This document shows, piece after piece, positions 46,301-60,523 of a DNA stretch of 64,000 nt. A program made the position numbers and the translations under genes. Source of the DNA: Raillietiella orientalis. Its lineage: Eukaryota. Position 1 is the stretch's first letter; every line of letters starts with the position of its first letter. Below the pieces are notes generated by a model. It was not told the DNA's origin, did no database searches, and was given only the letters and a program-made list of their open reading frames with translations. Location: assembly GCA_036172245.1 (NCBI GenBank), contig JAYWIR010000052.1, positions 1 to 64,000 on the forward strand, in the 5' to 3' direction.

Positions 46301-49300
46301 AAAAAACAGGTTTTCTTCATACATGATAAGGTTCGCAGTGACACTGACAAGGGGGATACGATGCATGGGAGTATTTCGTTCTTTTTTTTTTCTTTTCTTT
46401 TTTTTGGGGGGAAAAAAGCGTCAGCCAGACAGGCGCATTTTTTTTAAAAAAAACCGAGGGTGTGTGTGTGGGGGGGGGGGGGGGTCCCTGTCCGTTTCCG
46501 AAGCGGATACTGCATCATGAACACTTCGTGTCTTCTCAAGAATGGGGATCGGCCCCAGCGGCAGAGTTCGACAGCTGAACTTTTCCACTGGAGCCGATTT
46601 CTCCCTGAAGTAGAACGGGCGCCACTTAACGCATGACCGTTCTGTTCTTTTCTGAGATTGAAAAAAAATGAAAATAATATTAAAATGACGGTGACGATAA
46701 TGCAGAATGATTTTCTGGCTCCCTTCCGTGAACCGATCACCAGTCCCGAGGAGAAAGTTTGCACGATGGCTCGTGGAAGCCAGCAGGTCCACCCGGTTCG
46801 GAGCAGCAGCGACTTCGAAGACCCTGCCGTCCGGGGGTCACGTGGGAGAAAGCCTTCTCAGGCAGGGTTGCCAGTTTAGAGGTTTTCCCGCTCGTTTTTG
46901 GAGACCCATCCGGCGGCTAAAAACATTTCATCGCTGGCCGCCCAGTTTACGGATTTTCCATGGACACAAAAAAACAAATTTCAACGATGGACACGCTGTA
47001 GATGGCCTCAAGTAGAATTCCGGATGGTGCGGAGTCGCATTAATAAATTGTTGATAAGAATTGTCAAGGAGAACGACTTCCTTATCATTAGAATATTTTG
47101 ATATTCAACTGTGACCGTGGTAGTGCGGCGGCACGTTCGATTACCGCTTTACAATTTACAAACTGTTCTGACGTTTTCTTTCTTTCCCCTATAGGAAATA
47201 AGGCCGGCGCTCTCCTTACAAATGGATCGAACACGTGCAGCAGTGCCTTCATGACATAAATTTCACATCATCAACAATTCATTGTTGGTTTGCATTTTGT
47301 TTTTGTACTATCGAATCCGAAGATTAAATGACATTAAATGATTTCGTGATAGGAATAATAAATTCCTCGATATTGAAATCTGGAGATTTTTGGGTGAGAA
47401 ACCGTGGGTCTTCGAAGGTCACCTAGAAGGATTATTACGTGAATTTCTGCTGGCAACCCTGCTCTCAGGGTGGGAGCAGTCAGAAGTTCGGGGGCCTTAG
47501 CGTGGTCTTCTTCGCAAAGGGGTCTCTCGCGAGGGAAGAGCAATCTGCCGGTTCGCAGCAGGCACTGTGGTTTCCAAGAGTCTTCGGACAGAGGAGATCA
47601 CGTGCAAGCAACGTCTTTCGAGAGACGACGTTGGTTCCAAGGCGGAGGAAGAGGAAAGGAGGAGGTACACTCGCTCTCGCGCGGAACACCAAGCTGGTGC
47701 GTGGCAACGAACAGTAGCTGTGATTGTGACCTGCGTTCCGGAAGCGCAGCTGGCGGAAGCGGGACAGTTGGAAACGTCTGACTGTGGAGCCCGGCGACAC
47801 CCGAAAGCATCATCTTTTGAGCGAGCGCCCTCGGGGATGACAACTTCCGAGATTGCGAGGAATCGAAAGAGACTCACTGAACGCGTATAGGAATTTCCTC
47901 CCCAAACTGGAAAGAAAGGAAAAATCCTTGCCAGGCAAGAACGGGTGACCACTTTGCATGTAGTAGACCCGACCCTCCTGCTTCGTGAAGCATACGTCAA
48001 ACTGTTCATTTAGGTTCGGGAAGGTCAAGAAGGAAGAAAAAAGAAGAAAACGGTTCGGTCTTCCTAACAACTCCTTTACATCCCACGAGTCGTTAGCATG
48101 GGCCCACGTGCGTCACCACCACATCTGTCATTACTGAAGGGCTCAGCCAAATTTTTTTTCTTTTCTTTACCGAACATGAACGGGCTTTCCGCCTTCTTCA
48201 CGTTGTCATCCAGATAAGTGATTCCCAAAACGTAATATGTGGTAGTTCCAATACCAGAGATGAACTGCCCCAGGAAGAGAAGAATCATGGCCCACAGCGA
48301 TTCCATATTTTTCTGTTCTTCGCAGCTTCTTCGTAGTCCCAAATCTCGCGACTCGTCACAAAGGAGGTCTGCCACATTGTCTGAAAAGGAAAGAGAGAAA
48401 GAAAGAAGAGATTTGGGCTGAGACACTCGAAACTGGGGGCCATGTTGGTCGCGAACGCTGACGTCACGCCGCGAAGCGGACCCGCGGCTGAACTTTTAGA
48501 TTGCATTGTTAAGGCCATGCTGGTCGCGAACGCTGACGTCACGCCGCGAAGCGGACCCGCGGCTGCACTTTTAGATTGCATTGTTAAGGCCATGCTGGTC
48601 GCGAACGCTGACGTCACGCCGTTTGCAAGTCGCTCGTGCTGTATAATTTGCTTACATTATTCGCATTCTCATCATATCGCCATTATGAGCACCATTCTCA
48701 TCATCGTTACTGTTAATCCTTATTCTTATTTCCACAACCGTGGTAGTTATGATTATTATCATTATCGTGTACGTCGCTGCTGTTATTATCTTTTTCATTA
48801 TAATCCTTATCGTATTTTTATCATATTATCATCATCATCACATCATCGTATCGTTATTGTCAGTATCATAAAGATAGTTGTTATCTCATCAAAATAATTA
48901 CAACAATAGCAACAACGATAATGATTATTATTACTGTCGTTATTAAAATTATCATTATTAGCATTATTCTCATCGTTGTTGTCATCGCCACCACCACCAC
49001 CACCATCATCATCCTGTAAAAATCACCGCTCAAGAGTGCTGCGGATGAGAGTCGTTCGCTGGGGACGGCGACATCGACGAGGTCTCCTTCCCCGAACAAA
49101 AGGTGGGGCAGAGCCATGATGAAGCAGGAGAGCGACGCAGCACACAAGCCCAGAGCAAGCCATTTGGGTCGGTGTCCCCTTCCTCCGTAGTACGTCAGGA
49201 AGATGGAGAAGAGGATTTGGCTGACCTCGTTGCCGGTCATAACAATCCCTGCAAAAGGGGAGGGGGAAGGGAATACAAAGAATAAAAAAAGAGAGAGAGG

Positions 49301-51595
49301 GAGAACGAATAGAAGAAGGGAAGGGGGGGGGGGAGGAAGCAGGAAACGGGGAGCGGGGGAAAAATCTCCGGCGAGGCTTCACGCAACCGCGCTCGCAATC
49401 TCCGCCTTCATCTCCCTCCTTCCTCCTCACCGATGGGCAGGCTCAAGGCGTGTAGGAGGGAACCGCCCAGGGGCAAGAGAAGGCGCGTGTGCGGTGAAGG
49501 GTGGTGGTTGGTGCTCGCGCGTCGGCGTGTGCTGCACGCGACTGTCGAGTGCGCAGGGCACGAGGCACGCGCGGGGGGGGGGGGGTGAGGGCTGCCTACC
49601 CCGTCGCGGAAGACTCCTCCGTCGAGGAATCCCCGGGAAACGCGCGGTCGCGCCTCGCGCCGGCCTGCACCCGCGTGACGGGAGGCCGAGGCGGTGTGGG
49701 AACGGGAAGGAGGCGAATCGAACCGAACAGATCTGGACGGGGGAGGAAGACTTCGCCCGAGGACCGAGGATCACGGGACCTCCGTTCCCGATCCAGCATA
49801 GCCCGTGGACGGGAGGTGTCGTTTTTTTTTTTTCCTCCTGTTTCGAGTGGTTCATCTCTTCCGCCTCTTGGTCTCCGCCCTGGGAAGGCAAGAACGGAGT
49901 GACGGAGGGTGCTGCATCGGAGCGAGCATCTTGAACGTTGGACCTCTTCGCGTCATGGGAACATCCGCGATCTCTTTGGGGAGATAGCAGAGTACAAAAG
50001 ACAGGCAGACAGCACGATAAGGGCACCATCCGGCGGTGTTGAGGTGGCAGGCGCAGAGGAAGCGTGGCAGCCGCGGAGATTCGGCGAAGAGGATCTTTCT
50101 CCCCTGCCTTCCGCTTCCTTCTCCAGGGAAGGCCACGGCCCCTCTTTCGCCGAAGAAGGAAAGCCACTCTGAGGGGTTCTTAAGGGGAAGAAGTCTGTCA
50201 AACGAAGACTTTTTTTTTTTTTGGGGGGGGGGGGGGGATCACTCGACAGATAAAGCAAGAGATCGTCGAGTTCGTCTATCTGTGCAGGATCTCGCTGCGC
50301 CCGTGATGCACTCCGGCTGCCTCCGGGAAGTCAGAAGCGAAGGAGGCAGATAAAGGTTATCGCACGTGTCGCTAGGGCTCCAGAAAAACACAAACGAGCA
50401 GGAACCCGAGAGTCCCGATCGCGCAAGCTCGAAAGGGAGGAGAATGCGGGCGGACGGACGGCGAGAGCTTCGCGAAACGGAAGCACGGGGGAACGGAACG
50501 GCGGTTCCCCGAGCAGTTGGCTGCGTTGGACCGATCCGCGAAATCCGGTCGGTCTCCGTGGTGACGCGGGAAAGCTTTTCTGGACAGAAGCGTGAAGCTG
50601 GCAGTGCGGAGCCCGCTGAAAAAACCGCGACCTTCAAACACCCGAGAGCCGACCTCAAGACGCTTAGAGGTCTGGCGCCAGGGGCGCGTTGACGAGCGAG
50701 CGTGCGCCCGGGCCCGGCTGTTGGGCCTCCTGGCTAAGGTCACGGTGAGAGCGCACACACGGGGCACTCACTCGTGCATCCTATCTTGAAAACTTGGATG
50801 GCACCGCGTGCCTCTCTCTCCTTTCGTCCGCGCCCACAATGATTGCATCCTTCACTTCGCCTCCGGACGAGGAAGGTTTTTATACTTGAGCTTTACGAAA
50901 GTTCAACAGGACGGCGGCGGCGGGGAGAGGGGAGGAAATGCGGATCCAAGAGATGGAGACTTTTCCTCATTTTCCATCGAAGAGGGAAAACGCCGGAGGG
51001 TATCATCTCTCAGACAAACTTAACAGAAAGCACATGTACGCTTCAGAGAGGACGCGGTGAGATCGGCAGTGCAGATAATTCCCAGGGCGCGAATGGGGAC
51101 AACAGGACATGGCTAGAGAAAAGCAGGGGTGTACGCAGCAGGGCCGCGAGACGAGGATGCGCAGACGTAAGAAAAAAAACAGACAGACTCAGGGAAACTC
51201 AGAAACCGCCGCGCAGGAATCTCCTTGCGTTTTGCTCTTCAGCGGTTCGTCTGCTGTCGAGTCCGCGCACCGCTCTTACCTGAGTACTCCGACTTTATAC
51301 CGAATCTCTTCTCCAGAGTGGAAATCACCGACGTGAAATACGTGTACATCATGCCTTGGATTATTCCGACCATGCAGTACACTACCAAGTACACTTTCCT
51401 GTGCGCGAATTTCTGCAGCCATTGGGGTCGGAACGACCCGATCCCGCACATGAGGTTCGGATCGTCCGCAGATTTGACCGACAGCAATTCGATCGCCGAC
51501 AGCTTGTCGTTGTAGTAGACTTGGTCATTCGTCGCCGTGAACTCGTTTTTGTTCAAACTCTCGGAAGCAGGGATGCAGTCTTCTTCCGGTGAATC
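31309..51595 (-). CDS. SLCO: SLCO/OATP organic anion transporter (arthropod Oatp-like); 12 coding exons found, start exon not identified
   Basis: GT-AG, phase-consistent exons: 51280-51595, 49027-49248, 48171-48380, 43929-44069, 43654-43857, 43387-43551, 41758-41950, 40952-41096, 36666-36886, 36511-36614, 36355-36459, 31309-31403 (TGA). Motifs STLEKRFGIKS, GHRPKW, TYLDDNV, WVGAWWLGF, Kazal-like SPVC..YYSPCFAGC, DSTCLIW. Confidence 0.93.
31640..32325. repeat. AT-rich repeat, copy 2 (inverted core)
   Basis: rc of 31690-31750 is aaatatcg..aaaaagaatggtggcaactgaaaatggtgg, followed on the + strand by an AT-rich arm. Confidence 0.65.
34880..36070. repeat. AT-rich repeat, copy 3, plus degenerate subrepeats
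   Basis: Core at 35105-35155; gttaaaataaatttg..atcaatct-like motif at about 35370, 35560, 35776 and 35920. Confidence 0.65.
42760..42950 (-). pseudogene. Decayed partial duplicate of SLCO exon 41758-41950 with adjoining intron
   Basis: Shares gctcgaggaacccctgcgatggaacgaggc and ggaagacgctgc with 41670-41850; frameshifted, donor site lost. Confidence 0.75.
48438..48621. repeat. 75-bp tandem repeat, about 2.4 copies (intronic)
   Basis: catg..gtcgcgaacgctgacgtcacgcc starts at 48441, 48516 and 48591; copies nearly identical. Confidence 0.92.
48650..49012. repeat. Degenerate ATT/ATC/ACC trinucleotide low-complexity tract
   Basis: Runs of attatt, atcatc and accacc in an SLCO intron. Confidence 0.75.
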
Positions 51596-54500
51596 CTGAA
51601 AACACGGAAACGAAAGTTTTGCCTGATGGCTCCCGCAAAAGCAGAGAGCGCGATTACGCGCGCGCGTGCCTGTATTGCACGTGCACACGTACACACACGT
51701 ACGTGGACTGCCGGCAGAAAGACATCATTTCTAGATCGAAGCATTGCGATGGGATGCGAAAGTGGATGCTGCACGTTTCTTTAGGTTGAGAGTGGGAGGT
51801 TGAGGATCTCGGAGCACGGAGAGCCTTCGCGAGTGACGAAGCATTTTCGCCTCGCCTTACAGCAGACGAAAATTTCTGCTAAGAAGTTTCCACCATTCGG
51901 ACCGGAAATGACTTTTTTCTTTTTTTTTTTCCGGTGGAAGACGAAGGCATCGTTCGTCCGAAGAAAAGAAAAGAAAAAATAGACAGCGGCTTCCTGCTGC
52001 AGAGTTTTGAACACCCTCCTACACGGCGTGTATCACGTCAGGCTGAACCGCAGGCAGCATTTCCATCTCATTCCCTTTTGGAATTTCCGGGGATGGCTTT
52101 TGCAAACTCCGTAGAGTGAATCATCTTCTGCAGCGTCCCGCGTAAGAGCGAAATCCGACTGCCATCCGAATTCTGAGGTTCCTCCGCGGAGCGATGAGAA
52201 AGGGCGATGAGCTAACGCGCGCAAACACATCCAGGCAAAGAAAGGAAACGAAAGAACGAGTCCTTAACATCAAAATCTTCGATTCCCGCACAGAATGCAT
52301 GCCACGGGTTCATCAACGTTTCCTGTGAACGAGTTGGACGGTCCTGAACGCCGACAACCTGCAATGTGCCTTACTGTGGGGATCGTCAGCTGACAGGAAG
52401 AATTTCGGAAAACGTGGGCTGTGCGTCCGAGGACGACACCTTTTCGAGCTGAGGTGTAAACTCAGCGTGGCGGCGGTCGGGGGGCTTCACGCTACACGAG
52501 AAAGACTTCGGAGTAGGTCGTGCTGCCTCCGTGGGGTGTCAGCTCGCGCAAGACCCGTTCGGTGTCCCACCACAGTGCCGCACGTCTCCACCATGTTCCC
52601 AGATAGGAGGGGAAAAAACTGGACCCGTCTGTGGTTATGGCGGTGGTTTCGTCTTCCCGGTCGGTTCAAGTCCGTTGCATCAAAGAGGGAGTGAAATAGA
52701 AGCAGACCGTTTGGATTTTCGCGGAGTTATACAAACGCAGAATGGCACGAACGATCCAAAGAGGAACCATGGGGAATCCTGCCCGATCGCAGATTCGGCG
52801 AAGTCGCGTAGGAAACGACTTCCTTCTCAAACTTTACGCCAAAGACGCTTCAGCGAGGATTGCATGCCGAATAAGGAAGACGCAGAATCACCCTTAATCT
52901 TTACCTGAAAGGCAGCTGCGAAAGCAGGGGAGTGCCGGAAGCAGTTTAGGACCTAAACCAACAAGGATAATCCAGGAGAAGGTCAAGCGGAAAGCCAAAC
53001 AAAAAATGTGCAGAGGTGTGTGGCTTTTCGACGAAGCAGGGTAAAGTCTCAGGCGACCCCGGATTTCGTGACGTCTACAGAGATGTGCTGCTGCCCGACT
53101 GAGACGCGCGTATCCATGCTTGCCTTAGCATAACGGGAATGTCGTCGTGCAAGAAGGGAAAACTCCATCAGCACCGGAGTTGCCGCTTCTGTCTGTTGAC
53201 TCTGTGCCTTGCTGGGCATGCCCGGGGGGCAGAGGAGGGAACAAAACTGCACGAAAACGGCTACATTCGGAGCACGTTGAAAAGAATGCACGTTTTCCCA
53301 AGCAGGATCACAAACATTTCATCACCACCTTGAAGCAGGATCCGGAGACCCATCTCGTTTATGGGGCTTACAGGAACAGAATGGTGAGGAATGGTATGGC
53401 CACATTCGGCGGTTACTGCCAGTGCAAGGAAGAGAGCCCACCATCACCCATGAATTTATTCATTTTTCAGTATGAAAAAAGTGGATCCATTGGCAATTGC
53501 CGCTTCACTTATTTATGAGGCGTCTAGGAAGTGTATGAAGTATTTGTTTCGTATTCGTTATGAAAATGACAGCACTGTTGAGGATCTGAAGAACTAATTT
53601 GTTAGGACATCCTTAGAGAACAAACGCAGAGTTTGGGGCTCTTCTTAGCTCCATGAAGTACTCAAAGAGGAAATTTTTCAGCAGTGCAAAGATCAACGAG
53701 CAGCTGCTGTAGTTCATGTCCCTCGAATGCTGACTGTGAACGATGGCAGTGTGAACTGGGATTCAGGGATGGATGGTACCATCAATGGGCTTACTTTTCG
53801 TGTTTCGGCACTGTCATGATCTCGTAAAAGCATTTATTATGTCAGCTACCCTGGAAATGCAGTTTTATCAATGCACTTGGCCTAAACTTTCCCTTGAATT
53901 CAAGTGACATATTCCATTCTATACTTTAATCACCATTTTGACCTATGGACTGGTCAGCATCAGGACCTCAGCTTCCGCAAGCCTGTTATTTGTGAGATAT
54001 TCTTTTCGAGACATTCTCACCGTTTGCAGATCCAACACAGACATCGTTCCCTTGCAACAAGCAAATTCCCACTCGGCGTGTATAATGTGTTTGCACAGTT
54101 CCTATACAGTTCAAGCAAACACACCTACACTCAAACATCGTGGACCAGCAATATGCCAGTGCTGCGTTCTTATTTGCCAGTATGATTTTCCGAAGTGTAT
54201 TATTTCCAGACAAGGAATCCGTGAAGCCAAACCGGGATGGGACTTTTTTTTTTTTTTTTTTTTTTCCGTCTCAGAAAAAACTGACTTCTTCACGTCGAGA
54301 TCTCCTCTTTTCTTCCCAGTAAGCATATCAACTCTGAACGCAAAGGTTGCAGCTGTGATGCACCACTTTGACCACTAACGAAAAAAAATCCATTGCTGTT
54401 GATATTCACTTCATCCCTAAATGTAGTTATCCACTGCGAGCGGTGACGACTGGTGAAGAAGATATCGTTTGCTGATTTGTGCCATTCACATCGGGATCGC

Positions 54501-54761
54501 ATTTATTATTCCCGGTTTCGCAGTCTCCCCGTTGCTCTGCTCGGTCAGTAACCAACGTTTTCCCTAAGTGTGCTTCAGTCAGATCTTTGGCAAACTGAAA
54601 ATGCTCGAGGATTCGGAGGGTGGGGTTCAAGTGCTGCATGCTCTCTGTAGATTCTTTGCATGAATCAACGAGCCTGCGTAGTTCCGTAGGTGCAGAACCT
54701 ACTCCCCATAGGGTGTGAACGCCGCAACATTTCTCCAATAGCTCGTTCAAGTTCCTGCTGT

Positions 54762-55027
54762 GGCCAACAGCACCCCACTCCTTACGCAGAGTCGGCTGCG
54801 TTACAAATGTCCTCCTCTAGAAGGCAGAAGAAAGTCCTCTAAACAGCAGCGAAAGCGAGACTTCGGAAGTGGCAGCCCAGGGCGCTTTGAAGATGCCCGC
54901 GGTCCGAAAACCGTGCGCTGCTACGGAAAGGGGAAATGGGGCGCAGCTTCAGCACCTCCGACGGCAAATGCCATTAAAGCACTCGTAGGTTGTCATCGGC
55001 CAACAGCACCCCACTCCTTACGCAGAG
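54762..55027 (+). repeat. 30-bp exact direct repeat pair
   Basis: ggccaacagcaccccactccttacgcagag at 54762-54791 and 54998-55027. Confidence 0.8.
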
Positions 55028-58000
55028 CGGCACCCCCTAAGACCGTTTGACCTCAGAATGCCGTAGGGTGGGAATGAGAGGGTTGGCTCATCACTGGGAC
55101 ACGAGGGGGTCCCCGTGCCGGCAAACAAAATCGCCTTCTCATCAACCGGATCAGAATTTCAAGCCACGCCTTTACCCCGCACGGCGCAGTGGCGATGGAG
55201 AGGGCTCTTAAAGTTTCGCAGAAAAAAAAAGGAAAGAAAGAAAAATCCATGCCGTGGGTACGTTTGGGAAATCCGCCCGAGTTCTGCGCGCGTCGATTCA
55301 CCTTTTGCCGGAGGGAATCGCGAAAGATGGTCGAAGTTTCTCAAAAGAGGCAAAATGAAACCGTACCTCTGATGCCTTGGTCATTTGCGTTTTCCTTCGG
55401 ATCTTCACGGCTGGTTCTGTGTATCATAACACCAAAACTGCGTGCCCAACCAACTCACATCAAAACTACATGCTTTTGAAGTTTTTTTTATCTAATCATA
55501 AAAACGATATCAGTGGGGGGGGGGGGGGGGATGACAGGAAAAGAAAGGAAACAAACAAACAAACAAACCATTTTGCACCCGGGCGTCGCAGACATCGTCA
55601 TCCAATGTGCCTTTCAGCTTTTTTGTCAGAAATGTCTCCCCATTCCTCAGCAGATCAGGAGGGTGAGAAACCGACACGAGAACGGAGAAAAGTAAATAGG
55701 AGAAAAAGGTGGCTGTTTTATGGGGTGAGTTCTCAGTGAAAGCGCTGCGCGAACACAAGGACACAACACACTGCTTGTCTGATGTGCTCTTTGCGAGGTG
55801 AGAGGTGTTTTCTTTTGATGACCCGTTTCGCCCTCGTTCTCCGGGAACCATTCCTTCCCAACTTATTTGCTTTATCATATGGCCATTGGCTATTTGTTTG
55901 TCATTCCCAGCTAGTGTGCTATTCTCGCTTTTTTTTTGTTTCGTCCCCCCTTCAAGAGATAATGAACTGATGACGTTTCAATGTCTGAATTTATCTCATT
56001 AGGATCCTTGCCCTTAGGTTTCGAATCGAAACTTTCGAATCTTATTGAATTTTTTATGCACCCTTTAGCGCTGATGCAAGAAGAAGAAGAGGTCTCCCTT
56101 CAAACTCGCCAGTGACACAGCCCTCAAGCTTCCGTCTTTCTCTTCAGCTTTTTCCTCCGGACCACATCGTTTTCATGCCTAACATCTCCTTTGGTGCACG
56201 CAACCGGAGCTTCAGAGACCACGGGTGTCTCTGAAGACCAAGTGCACACCTGTTCTGGCCCTCATAACGGGTTCCTTCGAGGCTGCTTTGACCGAGTCTG
56301 CACGACTCGAGGACCTCAATTCCTGCTCCTCATTATAGGGCTCTCAGAAGTCGTAAAAGGGAATTTTCGGTGTTTCTTCTCTCACAAGCGCGGTGATTGC
56401 TTAATTTCCTTCACATGATCTGGAGGATGCCCTTTGCTGCCAGCTGCCTTCCTCAATAAAAGAATAAATGCTGCAGACACACCGCACGGTTTCATGTTAA
56501 TCACATCAGGCTCGACCGTGAACCATCACAGGCTCATTAGGGACTTCCTTCTTCTCCCTGGAGAATCTTTATCAGAGTGTTTCCTCGGAAATGTTTGCGA
56601 TTCTCACTTTTGCCTGTCATAGGTATTTTGATTGGAAGGCGGTCGCAGACTGCGGTGGGGCCGAGCCATCTTCGAGGAACCACCCCTGTGAAGCGCAAAA
56701 AAAATAATTACAGCATCAGCGGCACCGCTTGGTAAAATGCAAAACTGCCACAGAATGGAAAATCAACGAATGTGGGAATGACGAAAGCAATTCGTACAGA
56801 AAGTCCTTCGTGTCGGACTCGGACGCTTCCCAAACGGCGCTCCGACGAACATTGGTGTTCCGCGGAAAGTCGGTGAGCGTCCCCTGAAAAATCATGAAAA
56901 CTTTGCATGATGAAAATTTGATTTCCGCTTTGCTTTCTCAACTCTTCTATTTACTTGCTCAATTTGTTTATCGTGAATATCTTACCTATCCTATAAAGCA
57001 ACCAACGTGTTCCGTTACAATTTCGGGGTTCGTGAAGTGTTCCGTCATGGGGAACACTGGCTTTGGTGTTTCGCAATTTTAAAAAGCGCTGAAATTTAGC
57101 AAATGTGTGTTATTATTAATTACACCTTGCAAAAGTATGAATTGGTTTTCTTCCTTTTTTCGTTCTCCCAGCTGTTGCGGCTGTACAGTGTTTGCTTTTC
57201 TTTCCTACCCTACCGACCAACGTGCAAACTTCGACCCGGCAGGCACAATTTGCCAGTTTTCCCGAATCTGCCCTGTACAGCCCACCACGTAATGTACACG
57301 AATTTCTCCATCTTCGCCATCCACGCTCGCTGGGCTTGGTTCCTTTAAACTCACGCACACATGGAAACCCATCTCTCCGTGTTGTCTCGTTTCCACGTCC
57401 ACGTCTAAGTCGATATCCGCAGCCACAATCAGGACCAATGAAAACGAAAATGCTCTATTTGTAGGGATAGCCCTTGCTTATTAATCGCCTATGCCTAGTA
57501 GGGTATCGGCTGCAGGTACGAGTGCTGCGATTCAAACGAGGGATCAGGGTGACCACATGCGAACGGGAATTTCATCCTGTCCATTGTTTTATAAACAGCG
57601 ACAGGGAAACGCAGTCCTCCTCTCTCGTCTGGCACCGGAACTCTGGAAAAATGAAAACGAAAAAAAAAAAAGAGGAAGAAAGATTTTAGGACAGTCCACG
57701 CTGTGACGTCAAATTGTGTGAACTTTGTCCTCGGTTGGCATCGAATCTTCTGCCGGTCCCATGAGGTCTCGCAAAACGGCGGAGCTTCCTCGTGACCTCG
57801 TAGTGTGTGACCTGCTCCAGTGATCCGACCAGAGGAGAAGCAGCGAGGATAGCAACGTGTTATTCGGTCGTCTTCAGAGGACCTTTCTCTGAAGAAGTGG
57901 CCACCGGGGTCCCTGACTTGCAGATGGGCGTTCATGCCGATGATCTCATTTATCTGGGTGGCACAGCATGGATTTTTTTTTTTTTTTTTTTTCCAGTCCG

Positions 58001-60523
58001 CATCCTACAATTTCTAATCTGCATTTCTTTACTGAATTTTAAACTGTCTGCTTCAATGTATACAGATAATTTGAAGAGGTAGGCGCCCGTACAACGCGGG
58101 AGATACGTTCCGCCTTAAGGCGAGCCCTGTGCGATCAGTGTCTCTGCAAAGACACGAAAAACGTTATAGCAGTGGAACATATTTTTTCCGCTCTAAAGGA
58201 AACATTAAGGGCGTCTGTTCGTTATTTCAATTGGAATGAACTGAAGCTTTTGTCGACGTTCCATCCGTTCAAACTGTGCCGTGTCGTTCTGGTCGTTGAA
58301 GAGTTCAGCTCCTTGCGCTATCACGAGATGAGAGCACCAGAGAGAAACAGATGCTCTCATCGATATCCAAACAGAACACCAAAACAGTGCACTTGTAAAC
58401 AACGACGACGACAACAGCAACAACAAACTAAGGGAAACACTTTCGAGTGAACTTCGATGCAAATTTCGAATTCAGTAATCTGTAGCAGATTCCATCCAAA
58501 ACAAGCTGATAGACATACCATGGAAACACACGGATTTCCAAGTACACAACGCATGATACATAAATAAAAATATTGCGGCGGCTTCTGTTGGTCAGCTTTA
58601 TCCAAGGGGTGCATGTGATGGACAGCTCATTCTTCCTTGGACATTCCTTCTTCTTGGCTACGTTTTTTTTTCCTGCTCCCCGGACCCGGAATCTCGCTTC
58701 CGTCCTCATCTCGCTGACGAACCTCTTTGATTGGCAGAGATGGTGAATAGTTCGTTATCCAATCTCGACAAACAGTCGTACGACTGACAGAGGATTCCTC
58801 GAGTTGGTCCTCCACGCTGCTGCATCTTCAGAAGCCCACGAAGGGCCGTAGCCGAAGGTCTGAACACAGAAAAGACGGAGGGCGTGGGGCGTCTCAGAAA
58901 CGAAAACACACGCGCGCGCGCGTGCAAGTGGAGGGTGGTGGTATGGAGAATAATAATCTTTTGATTGCAAGAATGCAAAACGTCTTGGCAATCCATGCCA
59001 ATCAGTGTACAAGAAAGGATCTCAACACACAGTGGTCCATCGAGGATTAGCAGATGAACAAGAAGGGGATGCCCGCGGGCATTCTTTGAAAATGAACACA
59101 CTTCAGGCAACGACCTACATGTGTACCAGAAACGTATGACCTGCACATAGAGCGTTTCGGCTACTGTGCTGTCAGAAGAGTTGCCAACAGGATTACTGGA
59201 GCTCGAGGCCAATGTTTCCTCAGCTCCGGTGAGAGAAGATGAAACGAATGCATCGGAAGATCGACGGTGTCTGCGTCGCCGTGCTCCTGAGGAACGCGGT
59301 TTGCTTCGGAAGCTGGAGGACCCCAAAGATCAAGCAGATTGAAATGCTGACAAAAAATTTTCGCTCTTTGTCTCCTCGTGAGTATTCCGGTTACTGCATC
59401 GGAAAACAGCAGATCCACGTTACTGGCAAGGCTGGAATGTTAACTGCGAGGGATCTCCAACTCGTAGAGCATTTTTTGTGCTTTTTTATTTAAAAATGTT
59501 TAAAAACACGTTTCCCATTCGAATTGTCCATAAATGGGACACCATGATGAGCCTGGAGAGTGAACGTTTCGCTGATACAGAAATCCCATTCGGGAATGGG
59601 GAAGGAAGTTGGCGTGGGGGTTGGAAGTGCGTACATAACGCACGAACGTGGTCGCCCGGGGACAGCGCCGTGTGTTCATTTCGGTTAATCAGCTGTTGCT
59701 TCCTGCTTTCTGTGGTTTTGCTTTGCTTTGGGGTTACCCATAACAACGACGAATGTGCCGCATGTGGCCATATATCGAATTCGAACAATCCGCTTGGCGA
59801 AGACAATCTCCACGCCCGAGAGAACTTTACTGTGAATGCAAAGTTTCCCCAGGATCACGATCCAAGTTTCAAAAGGCCAAAGTTTCAAAGGCGGCCAACA
59901 AAAGTCGAAAAATTACAGGGCCTCGATGAAGGCAGTGATTGGCAACGGAGACCACCAGCTTCCCCTTGGAGACCTCCGGCTCTTCAAACCTGGCACGGCC
60001 TTCATTCTTCGTATGCGTTCCTACGATTCCTACGTATTCAAAGAGTCTTGAAAATCTTGCGAGGCGAATGCAAAGGCCGCGGCACAGCATCCCGCAGGAG
60101 ACTCCCGGCGGATGCGTTCACAGTACGCTGGCTGTGCCACCCACTCGCTGCCTTTGCCCAGTAAACAGTTTGTTGCTTGGCGCGCACTTCCCAACACCGA
60201 CCAACTTCGTGCGTCCCGAGGCCGACATTTCGGGCGTCAGAGCGTTCAAACCAGAAGAGGCAGCTGTTCCCTTCTGGAGGGATCCTTTCGTTGCTTTCCA
60301 GCTTGGCGCCTTTCGTGCGCTCGTAATTTCCGCTCCCTTCTGTTGCCTTCCGGCTTGGACAACCTCCAACGCGGCAGAAACGTGTCACATACGTGACCTG
60401 ACATTACTTTACAGCGTCACGCGTCGAAGATGCTGGGCAAACGCATCTCGGAACGCGGAGATCGCTGAACTTCACACGGGAGGCATAATGAATGAACATG
60501 AATTGAAAACATCATGGATTGCT

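Noticed and set aside
48442..48897. ORF with repeated MLVANADVTPRSG peptide; CRISPR-like look
   Set aside because: It is an intronic 75-bp tandem repeat with no unique spacers and no cas genes, in eukaryotic DNA.
58627..59326. Ser-rich minus-strand ORFs as the SLCO start exon or a separate gene
   Set aside because: No homology evidence and weak splice signals; cannot be supported.
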